Source: Candidatus Methylomirabilis limnetica
Lineage (GTDB): Bacteria; Methylomirabilota; Methylomirabilia; Methylomirabilales; Methylomirabilaceae
Direction of reading: 5' to 3'
Length of the DNA stretch: 32,000 nucleotides
NCBI RefSeq assembly: GCF_003044035.1
Contig: NZ_NVQC01000030.1
Span: forward strand, 60,001 to 92,000
Made by a program: the position numbers and the translations under genes. Position 1 is the first letter of the stretch, and every line of letters begins with the position of its first letter. Below the pieces are notes generated by a model that worked only from the letters and a program-made list of their open reading frames with translations, did no database searches and was not told where the DNA came from. This document shows, piece by piece, positions 1-7,048 of this stretch.

Positions 1-920
1 AAGACATGCACGAGGAGGCATTCACCTACATGAGGCAGACCCTGGAATACCCCGCCCCAGGGCTCAGTACCATCGAGAATGGGTCGGGCGCACACGGGCT
101 GGGTGGCGGCCCATGGCCCGGAGACGTCGAGATCCCGGGGGGGGCATTTCAGTTGGGCGCCACGCCTGATCTGCCCTTTGTGTTCGATAATGAGAAATGG
201 GCCCATCCGGTCGACATCTCTCCATTCAAGATCGCTAAAGCTCCAGTGACCAACGCGCAGTTCGCCGAGTTCGTCGGGGATCGGGGTTATCTGCGCCGTG
301 AGCTGTGGAGTCGTCAAGGGTGGATCTGGCGCACCAAGACGGGAGCACAGCGCCCGCTTTATTGGCACCGTGGACAGAACGGATGGCTGCACAGATATTT
401 CGACCGGATTGTTTCACTTGAAGCGCATGCCCCTGTCGTCCACGTGGGCTGGCACGAGGCGGAAGCGTACTGCCAGTGGGCGGGCAGACGGCTTCCCACC
501 GAGGCGGAGTGGGAGATGGCGGCCAGCGCGGAGCCCACCCCTGACGGTACACGCATCACCGGGCACAAGCGACGCTACCCCTGGGGAGATGAGCCGCCTA
601 CGCCCGAACACGCCAACCTGGATTCACGTCGGCTGGGGTGCGTTGATGTGGGAGCGTACGCGGCCGGTGACAGCGCCTTTGGCTGCCGCCAGATGATCGG
701 CAATGTCTGGGAGTGGACCGCCTCTCCCTTCTTTCCATTCCCCGGATTTACGGTAGATTCGCCATATAGAGAATATTCTGCGCCTTGGTTCGGTTATCGC
801 AAGGTCTTGAGAGGGGGGGCGTGGGCCACCCGATCTCGCCTGGTCCGCAACTCGTTTCGCAATTTCTTCCTGCCGGACCGACGTGACGTATTTGCGGGAT
901 TTCGTACCTGCGCCCTGTGA
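1..920 (+). CDS. egtB: EgtB-like sulfoxide synthase / SUMF1-FGE family non-heme iron enzyme, 5' end cut by window edge
   Basis: Reading frame is open to the window start. Begins in a DinB-type HE..H/E-like segment (MHEEAFTYMRQTL). Then shows FGE/SUMF1-type motifs: WHEAEAYCQW, GNVWEWT, LRGGAW, FAGFRTC. Confidence 0.6.
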   Translation, partial: DMHEEAFTYMRQTLEYPAPGLSTIENGSGAHGLGGGPWPGDVEIPGGAFQLGATPDLPFVFDNEKWAHPVDISPFKIAKAPVTNAQFAEFVGDRGYLRRELWSRQGWIWRTKTGAQRPLYWHRGQNGWLHRYFDRIVSLEAHAPVVHVGWHEAEAYCQWAGRRLPTEAEWEMAASAEPTPDGTRITGHKRRYPWGDEPPTPEHANLDSRRLGCVDVGAYAAGDSAFGCRQMIGNVWEWTASPFFPFPGFTVDSPYREYSAPWFGYRKVLRGGAWATRSRLVRNSFRNFFLPDRRDVFAGFRTCAL

Positions 921-949
921 TATTGGCTCGAAAGCCCCCCCCACTCGGC

Positions 950-1009
950 GTAGGGGCGACCCTTGTGGTCGCCCGATCTGGGCAGGCACAAGGCCTGCCC
1001 CTACAAGGG
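950..1009. repeat. REP-like double hairpin (GTAGGGGC...GCCCCTACAA family), locus 1
   Basis: GGGCGACC(954-961)/GGTCGCCC(967-974) and GGGCAGGC(980-987)/GCCTGCCC(993-1000) each form an 8-bp stem. The pair is flanked by GTAGGGGC on the left and CCCCTACAAGG on the right. Lies just after the egtB-like stop. Confidence 0.75.
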
Positions 1010-1105
1010 AAGGGTTGAGGAGGGGGTGCGGGATCCGGACTCTCATGTGTATGGGCGTGCCGGCGGCGCATGCGGTATTGCCCTAAAAGAACGGAAGGGA
1101 CCAGC

Positions 1106-2305
1106 ATGGACATCAGTCTGACCCCAGACCACGAGGCCGTCCGCGACGCCACGCGCGAGTTCTGCCGCCACGAGATCCTGCCGCATCTGCGCGACTGGGA
1201 GCGAGCCGAGCAGATCCCAGCCGACATCGTGCCCAAGATGGCGGCCCAGGGCCTGCTGGGTCTCTGCATTCCCCGTCGCTACGGTGGGCTGGGCCTGGAC
1301 TACCTGAGCCTTGGGATCGTCTGCGAAGAGCTGGAGCGCGCTGATACCGCGTTTCGCGTCCTGATCGCTGTGCATCTTGCCCTCAATTCGCTAGCGCTGC
1401 TGCAGTGGGGAAGCGAAGAACAGAAACAACGATACCTCATCCCGCAGACCAGTGGCGAGAAGTTGGCGGCCTTTGCCTTGACCGAGCCGGACGCCGGAAG
1501 CGATGTCGCGGGCATCCGCGCGACCGCCCGGCGCGACGGTAAGCACTATATCCTCAACGGCGAGAAGACCTGGATCAGCCTGGCCGATGTCGCCGACCAT
1601 TTTCTGGTCTTTGCCTACACCGACCGTGGAGCGGGCCATCGGGGTATCTCCGCGTTCATCGTCGAGCGCGGCTTTGCAGGCGTGAGCAGTTCCAGCCTCC
1701 ACCACAAGCTGGGCGGGCGTATCGGCAACACCGGCAGCATCGCTTTGCAAGAGGTACGCGTGCCCGCTGATAACCGCGTCGGCGCGGAAGGCGAAGGGCT
1801 CACGATCGCCCTGAGCGCGCTGGACAATGGCCGCTATGCGGTTGCTGCCGGCGCGGTCGGTTTGATGGAGGCCTGTCTTGAGGCCAGCGTCTCTTACGCC
1901 GAGCAGCGGCAGAGCTTCGGACAACCTATCGGGAAGCACCAGCTCATTCAGCAAAAGATCGCCCGCATGGTCGCTGGGCGCGACATCGGACGATTGTTGT
2001 ACTATCAGGTCGGCTGGCTCAAGAATCAAGGGACGAGGTGCACGCGCGAGGTCAGCCTGGCCAAGTGGATGAACTGCGACAACGCCTTCCGGGCCGCAGA
2101 TGATGCGGTTCAGATTCATGGGGCGTATGGCTACAGTGACGAGTTCCCGGTTGAACGCTACTTCCGCAACGCCCGTGGGTCGTTGATCTACGAGGGCACG
2201 CAGGAGATCCACCAGTTGATTCAGGCGGAGTATGCGCTGGGCTACCGTACCAACAAGCCGCTTTCACGACCGCTGCCACCCTATCCGTTTGAGGGGGACG
2301 CGTAA
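1106..2305 (+). CDS. acyl-CoA dehydrogenase
   Basis: ACAD-family motifs LTEPDAGSD, WISLA and YEGTQEIHQLI. ATG at 1106 is preceded by GGAAGGGA, which I prefer to the alternative start at 1070. Stop overlaps the next start (TAATG at 2303-2307). Confidence 0.9.
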   Translation: MDISLTPDHEAVRDATREFCRHEILPHLRDWERAEQIPADIVPKMAAQGLLGLCIPRRYGGLGLDYLSLGIVCEELERADTAFRVLIAVHLALNSLALLQWGSEEQKQRYLIPQTSGEKLAAFALTEPDAGSDVAGIRATARRDGKHYILNGEKTWISLADVADHFLVFAYTDRGAGHRGISAFIVERGFAGVSSSSLHHKLGGRIGNTGSIALQEVRVPADNRVGAEGEGLTIALSALDNGRYAVAAGAVGLMEACLEASVSYAEQRQSFGQPIGKHQLIQQKIARMVAGRDIGRLLYYQVGWLKNQGTRCTREVSLAKWMNCDNAFRAADDAVQIHGAYGYSDEFPVERYFRNARGSLIYEGTQEIHQLIQAEYALGYRTNKPLSRPLPPYPFEGDA

Positions 2306-3495
2306 TGGCCGGCGCACTGGACGGTGTGCGGGTCCTGGACCTGTCGCGGCATCTGGCAGGACCTTACTGCGCGATGATGTTGGGCGACCTGGGTGCTGAT
2401 GTCATCAAGATCGAACGCCCAGGCGTTGGCGACGAGTCACGCCACTGGGGGCCGCCGTTTTTTAGCGGGGAGTCGGCCTATTACCTGTGCTGCAACCGGA
2501 ATAAGCAGAGCCTCACACTCAACTTCAAACACGAACGCGGCCTTGCCCTTGCCCGTGAACTTGCGCGAGGCAGCGATGTGGTCATCGAGAACTTTCGTGT
2601 CGGCGTCCTGGACAAACTCGGTCTGGGTTACGCGGAGCTGAAAGCCATCAACCCGCGCCTAGTGTACTGCTCTATCAGCGGGTTCGGGCATACCGGCCCC
2701 GACCGCGAGTTAGGGAGCTACGACTTTCTGATTCAGGGTCGCAGCGGCCTGATGTCGATCACCGGCGAGCCCGACGGCCCGCCCATGAAGGTCGGGGTGG
2801 CGATCGCGGACGTGGCCGCCGGCCTGTTCGCGTGCAGCGCTGTCCTTTCGGCTCTTTTTGCTCGGGAGCGAACCGGCGCTGGACAGCATCTTGACATCGC
2901 GCTCTACGATTCGCAGATCGCGGTACTGGCAAACGTGGCAAGCAACTATCTCTGCTCTGGCGAGATACCCGGGCGTTGGGGCAACGCGCACAAGAGCATC
3001 GTACCGTACGAAGCGTTTCAAGCAGCGGATGACTACCTGATCCTGGCCATCGGCAACGATGAGCAGTGGCAGCGGTTCTGTGTCGCGGCGGGTGTCGCCG
3101 CATGGGCACAAGATGCGCGCTTTGCGACTAATCCGCAACGCGTCGCGAACCGCGAGGCGTTGATCCCCCTACTGAATAGCCTGCTCAGCGGTAAGACGGT
3201 TGCCGAGTGGCTGCGGCTCTGCGCCGAGGCTGATGTTCCAGCTGGACCGGTGAACACGTTCGACAAGGTCTTCGCCGACCCGCAGGCGGATGCGCGAGGG
3301 ATGCTCGTCCAGATGCCGCACCCCACGTTAGGGACCGTACGGCTGGCCGGCACGCCCCTCAACCTCTCCGCGACGCCGGCCGAGATGCGCCTGCCACCCC
3401 CGCTCCTGGGCGAGCACACCGACGCGATCCTCAGAGAGGTCCTTGACCTGGGTGATGATGCGATCTCCGAGCTACACCGCGATGGGGTCGTGTGA
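2305..3495 (+). CDS. CoA-transferase family III (CaiB/BaiF-type)
   Basis: N-terminal LSRHLAGPYCAMMLGDLGADVIKIERPGVGDESR signature typical of family III CoA-transferases. Translationally coupled to the acyl-CoA dehydrogenase. Confidence 0.88.
   Translation: MAGALDGVRVLDLSRHLAGPYCAMMLGDLGADVIKIERPGVGDESRHWGPPFFSGESAYYLCCNRNKQSLTLNFKHERGLALARELARGSDVVIENFRVGVLDKLGLGYAELKAINPRLVYCSISGFGHTGPDRELGSYDFLIQGRSGLMSITGEPDGPPMKVGVAIADVAAGLFACSAVLSALFARERTGAGQHLDIALYDSQIAVLANVASNYLCSGEIPGRWGNAHKSIVPYEAFQAADDYLILAIGNDEQWQRFCVAAGVAAWAQDARFATNPQRVANREALIPLLNSLLSGKTVAEWLRLCAEADVPAGPVNTFDKVFADPQADARGMLVQMPHPTLGTVRLAGTPLNLSATPAEMRLPPPLLGEHTDAILREVLDLGDDAISELHRDGVV
3421..3442 (+). repeat. 22-nt att-like core, copy 1 (inside CoA-transferase 3' end)
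   Basis: CGAGCACACCGACGCGATCCTC matches 12029-12050 at 21 of 22 positions. Nucleotide identity falls off immediately on both sides. Confidence 0.6.
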
Positions 3496-3522
3496 AAATG
3501 AGCAGTAGAACCTTTCAAGGTG

Positions 3523-3540
3523 CCCCGCTGGCCAGCGGGG
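3523..3540 (+). terminator. perfect 18-nt palindrome/hairpin downstream of CoA-transferase
   Basis: CCCCGCTGGCCAGCGGGG lies 28 nt after the stop. No T-tract follows, so a terminator function is only a guess. Confidence 0.3.
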
Positions 3541-3758
3541 ATCTGGGTTGAAGGGGGCTACATGCCCGCGCCTGAGTTGTTGGTTATCATCCATAGCTAA
3601 CGACAAGGATATCCAACAGTTGGTTCCTGTGCAGGCGTTGCTGTCAAAGGTATTCCAAGGGGTGTGTCATGGATATCGTGTCGCATGTCACGCACCAATA
3701 TCGTAGAGTCCCTCCAGGAAATGTCGGCTAATATCTGTTAGCAGTATTGGAGATATGA

Positions 3759-3977
3759 ATGGAAGTTGCTTATTCGGTAAATGGTGTGCCGATACGACTA
3801 ACTTATGAAAGATGGTACCATATTGTCGAAAATCACGATGATTTGGCAAGCTGCTTCTATGAGGTACTTGATACTGTAGAGAAGCCGGATATTGTTGTTC
3901 GTGGAAACAAGGGGACTCTGAAGGCTGCGAGAAACATCGGAAGGAGAAAGTGGCTGGTAATAGTATGGCGACAGTAA
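3759..3977 (+). CDS. small hypothetical protein (72 aa), toxin-like partner of the DUF2283-type gene; possibly C-terminally truncated
   Basis: ORF with GGAGA upstream in a low-G+C patch. The motif RLTYERWYHIVENH resembles small proteins I recall being paired with DUF2283 genes. The ORF ends abruptly at LVIVWRQ*. Confidence 0.45.
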   Translation: MEVAYSVNGVPIRLTYERWYHIVENHDDLASCFYEVLDTVEKPDIVVRGNKGTLKAARNIGRRKWLVIVWRQ

Positions 3978-4216
3978 CAACCAAGAGAACGGTGGATTTC
4001 ATCAGTAACTGTGTTGCAGTAGCGACCGACATGCTGAAATTACCAACGCAACATGTGTGGTTGGACTACGACAAGGAGGCAGATGTGCTCTATATGAGTT
4101 TCCGCAAACCTCAGCGAGCTACCACAACGATTGAAACGGACGATGATATATTGATACGGAAAGATGGGAAGAATATCGTTGGTCTGACGATATTGAATGC
4201 GAGCACTAGACAATAA
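3965..4216 (+). CDS. DUF2283-like small protein
   Basis: Core LDYDKEADVLYMSF...DDDILIRKDGKNIVGLTILNAS matches the DUF2283 signature (YDxEADxLYI). Start is uncertain: GTG 3950, ATG 3965 or ATG 4031. Confidence 0.55.
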   Translation: MATVTTKRTVDFISNCVAVATDMLKLPTQHVWLDYDKEADVLYMSFRKPQRATTTIETDDDILIRKDGKNIVGLTILNASTRQ

Positions 4217-4283
4217 TAAGAATTCCGCTAACCAATCGTTCCAGCGGATGCGGATAAAGCCCCGCACCGCTGAACTCTGCGTT

Positions 4284-4501
4284 GAGGCTGTAGAAAAACC
4301 TCCTCGCGAAGAGCACTCGCCATAGGACGCGATATGAGCGACGATCGTCCGAAATCTGACGCTTTGCCCAACATCGGCGGGATCGTGGCCTCTCGCGGCT
4401 CAGAGAGAGCCGCAGGCTCGGCACCATTGGGCAGCAAGGAAAATCATGATCTGTTGCTGAGGCCTCGAAAGACGGGGTTTTCAGAGTTTTTCTACAGCCT
4501 C
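4284..4501. repeat. 218-bp segment bounded by perfect 16-nt inverted repeats
   Basis: GAGGCTGTAGAAAAAC at 4284-4299 and its exact reverse complement at 4486-4501. GTT flanks both ends. No convincing ORF inside. Confidence 0.6.
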
Positions 4502-4532
4502 GTTATGTGACCGGAGATTGTCTTGGGCTTGG

Positions 4533-4880
4533 CTATGGCAGATCCTGCGCAATTCTTAAACCGTCACCGACTTGGGCGAGAAGTTCGGGTGGAAGTATCC
4601 CGGCAAGCGAGGTCAACTTACTTCGATCAAGCGTCGTCACTTGGTGGCAGAGCGCGACACTGTCTTTCTTCAGGCCGCCTGCTCCTGCCGGGAGCAGCAC
4701 GGTGGTCGGTCCACGTCGCGCCTGGGAGCCGGATGTGGAAATGGGGACCACAATGACGGATCGCCACCCTGGGGTCTGGTTAAACGCATCGTGCGACACA
4801 ACAATGACCGGCCGGGTGCCTTGTTGTTCGGATCCGGATCGTGGGGAAAGGCTGGCCCAATACACCTCGCCTCGCTTCAC
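4533..4880 (-). CDS. mazF: MazF/PemK-family endoribonuclease toxin
   Basis: MKRGEVYWASLSPRSGSEQQGTRPVIVVSHDAFN...VIVVPISTS is the classic PemK/MazF N-terminal pattern. Start overlaps the upstream antitoxin stop by 4 nt. Confidence 0.88.
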   Translation of the reverse strand: MKRGEVYWASLSPRSGSEQQGTRPVIVVSHDAFNQTPGWRSVIVVPISTSGSQARRGPTTVLLPAGAGGLKKDSVALCHQVTTLDRSKLTSLAGILPPELLAQVGDGLRIAQDLP

Positions 4881-5164
4881 GGGTCGGACACTCGCTCGGA
4901 GTTCTCCCAGGCATCCACCACGTGCTCAACGCTTGCTGCTTCCAAGTCCGGATCGAGATCGTCGGAGGTCCCCGCGACTTTTCGTGCGTAGCACGCAATC
5001 TCGTCATGCACGGAGGCCCGATACTGCTCGGCAAGCCAGAGATCGATCGCCTCACGGACCAAGACTGTGGCCGGTCGGTTCTCGCGTTTGGCTTCTGCGC
5101 GGAGGCGCTGATACAGCGGTTGTGGCAAGGGTACGTGCAGGTTCTTCATATCCGTCTTTGGCAT
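4877..5164 (-). CDS. ribbon-helix-helix (CopG-like) antitoxin of MazF
   Basis: N-terminal LHVPLPQPLYQRLRAEAKRENRPATVLVREAIDLWL is RHH-like. GGAGGA lies 6 nt upstream of the ATG. The gene is ATGA-coupled to mazF. Confidence 0.75.
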   Translation of the reverse strand: MPKTDMKNLHVPLPQPLYQRLRAEAKRENRPATVLVREAIDLWLAEQYRASVHDEIACYARKVAGTSDDLDPDLEAASVEHVVDAWENSERVSDP

Positions 5165-5183
5165 GGTCTATCCTCCTGACAGT

Positions 5184-5211
5184 AATTATGGCAGAAAAGA
5201 TGCCATGCGTA
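5184..5211 (-). promoter_or_regulatory. candidate mazEF promoter with embedded operator palindrome
   Basis: Minus strand reads TTACGC (5211-5206), 16 nt, CATAAT (5189-5184). The inverted repeat ATGGCA-N6-TGCCAT (5187-5204) sits between the -35 and -10 elements. Confidence 0.4.
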
Positions 5212-5402
5212 AAGTTCAGTTGTGGGAAATCATGTAGCCGTAGTAAATTTAGTGAGTTAGAATTTGGGCATAGTGGGGTCGGTCACATAACCAGCGATTC
5301 GACCGGGCGTACGGAACGCACCGGTTAATAGCGTCCCGTTAGGAGCACCAGGGTGGTGGCCGCGACTATCGGAAACGCGGTAGTCTTGAACGACTGGATC
5401 TC

Positions 5403-5552
5403 ATGAAGGCTCGAAGGATCAACTCGAACAAGCCGCACTTGTGGAAGGCCGACATTGCGGCCCCTGTTGACCAATTCAACTCGTGGTTGCGCCTATCCGA
5501 ATCGACCCGAGGACAGCAATCTCAGATCGAACAGGGCGAGCTATTCACATGA
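5403..5552 (+). pseudogene. possible relic of a restriction-endonuclease (XamI-like) N-terminus
   Basis: The 49-codon ORF MKARRINSNKPHLWKADIAAPVDQFNSWL... resembles, from memory, N-termini of XamI-family REases (..KP.RWK.DIA.SVD.YN.WF). Similarity is lost after about 28 aa and the ORF stops. Confidence 0.25.
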
Positions 5553-5688
5553 GGCCATGGTGGCCACGCTACAGGGCCGGATCCGTCTGACGGTGGCCTC
5601 GGTGGAAGGCCATCTGTCCGCGAATTTCGCCTTCCCGTAGGGCGAATAGTCCTATATATTATCCCTCGGAAAAGGAGAATATGCCCCG

Positions 5689-7035
5689 ATGACCCGAGCG
5701 ATCCCCCGGGAGCTGAAGGAAGCCCTGACCGAGAAGCTGGCGGAGTCGCTCGCCGGGCCGCTGCCAGAGGCGACACCGCGGCGGGTGTACGGTACGGTGG
5801 CCCTGCCCGGCAAGGTGAGCGCCGTGATCGGCATGCGGCGCGCGGGCAAGACCACGTTCCTCCACCAGTTGCGTCGCGAGCGCCTGGAACGGGGCACGCC
5901 CCGGGAACACCTGCCCTACGTGAACTTCGAGGACGAGCGGTTCGCGGGCCTCGAAGCGGGCCAGCTCGGTTTTCTGGTAGAGGAGCACGGCCGCCGGTTC
6001 CCCGAGGCACGCGCGCGGGCGACCGTCACCTGGTGCTTCGACGAGATCCAGGTCGTTCCTGGCTGGGAGCGGTTCGTCCGCCGGTTGCTGGATGCGGGCG
6101 GCTGCGAAGTGATCGTGACCGGATCCTCGGCGGCGCTCCTGTCGCGCGAGATCGCGACGGCGCTGCGCGGGCGCGCATGGGAAGTGCCGCTCTACCCATT
6201 CAGCTTCGCCGAGGCACTGCGCCACCGCGGACAGGCCCTCCCCGCCGATTCCGCCTTTCTCACCGGGGAGGAGCGCGCTCGAATCGAGCGGGCCTTCGCA
6301 GACTGGCTCGTCACCGGCGGCTTCCCCGAGGCCCAGGGTCTCGACGGCGCCGCGCGGCGCCAGTTGCTGCGCGACTACGTGGATGTGGCCATGCTGCGCG
6401 ATGTGGTGGAACGCCACGGGGTGAGCAACGTGACGGGGCTGCGCTGGCTGGTGCGCCACCTGCTCGGCAACGCGGCCGCGCACTTCAGCGTGGAGAAGTT
6501 CTACGCGGCGCTGAAGAGCCAGGGCATGGCCATCTCCAAGGACACAGTACACCAGTTGCTGGCTCATCTCGACGACTGTTTCCTGGTGCGGCTGGTCTGG
6601 ATGGAGTCGGCCTCGGAGCGCCAGCGGATGGTCAATCCGCGCAAGGCCTACCCGGTGGACTCGGCGCTGATCGCGGTATTCGATCGCAGCGGACGCGCCA
6701 ACAGCGGGCACGCCCTCGAGACGGCGGTAATGATCGAGCTCGAGCGGCGACGCTGCGCCGTGACCTATGTGCGCACGCCGGCCGGCTACGAAGTGGATTT
6801 CCTCGTACGCGGGGCGGAAGGCGAGATGGATCTGATCCAGGTGTGCGCCGACGCCAGCGATCCGGCGACGGCCGAGCGGGAGTTGCGGGCACTCGCCGAG
6901 GCCGGTCAGATCTACCCGGGTGCGCGGCTGCGGCTGCTGACGCTGACCCGCGACGGGGCACCTGCCGAGGTGCCTTCCGGCATCCTCGTGCAGCCCGCGT
7001 ACGAATGGCTGCTCGAGATTGTGAAAATCGACTAA
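5689..7035 (+). CDS. AAA+ ATPase with DUF4143-type C-terminal domain (COG1373-like)
   Basis: Walker A GMRRAGKTT and Walker B-like WCFDEIQ. C-terminal GYEVDFLV...MDLIQVC resembles the DUF4143/nuclease-like module. G+C is very high, producing long shadow ORFs on both strands. Confidence 0.8.
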   Translation: MTRAIPRELKEALTEKLAESLAGPLPEATPRRVYGTVALPGKVSAVIGMRRAGKTTFLHQLRRERLERGTPREHLPYVNFEDERFAGLEAGQLGFLVEEHGRRFPEARARATVTWCFDEIQVVPGWERFVRRLLDAGGCEVIVTGSSAALLSREIATALRGRAWEVPLYPFSFAEALRHRGQALPADSAFLTGEERARIERAFADWLVTGGFPEAQGLDGAARRQLLRDYVDVAMLRDVVERHGVSNVTGLRWLVRHLLGNAAAHFSVEKFYAALKSQGMAISKDTVHQLLAHLDDCFLVRLVWMESASERQRMVNPRKAYPVDSALIAVFDRSGRANSGHALETAVMIELERRRCAVTYVRTPAGYEVDFLVRGAEGEMDLIQVCADASDPATAERELRALAEAGQIYPGARLRLLTLTRDGAPAEVPSGILVQPAYEWLLEIVKID

Positions 7036-7048
7036 AGGGAATTTGCAG

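Noticed and set aside
1391-2212. 273-aa minus-strand ORF, and similar antisense ORFs at 22034-22756, 22357-22911 and 17464-18084
   Set aside because: Each is antisense to a strongly supported housekeeping gene (ACAD, ilvD, hemE). No motifs, and the composition is shadow-ORF-like.
4507-5328. 273-aa plus-strand ORF spanning the MazEF locus
   Set aside because: It is antisense to two genes with clear family signatures. The translation is Ser/Arg/Pro-rich and has no recognisable domain.
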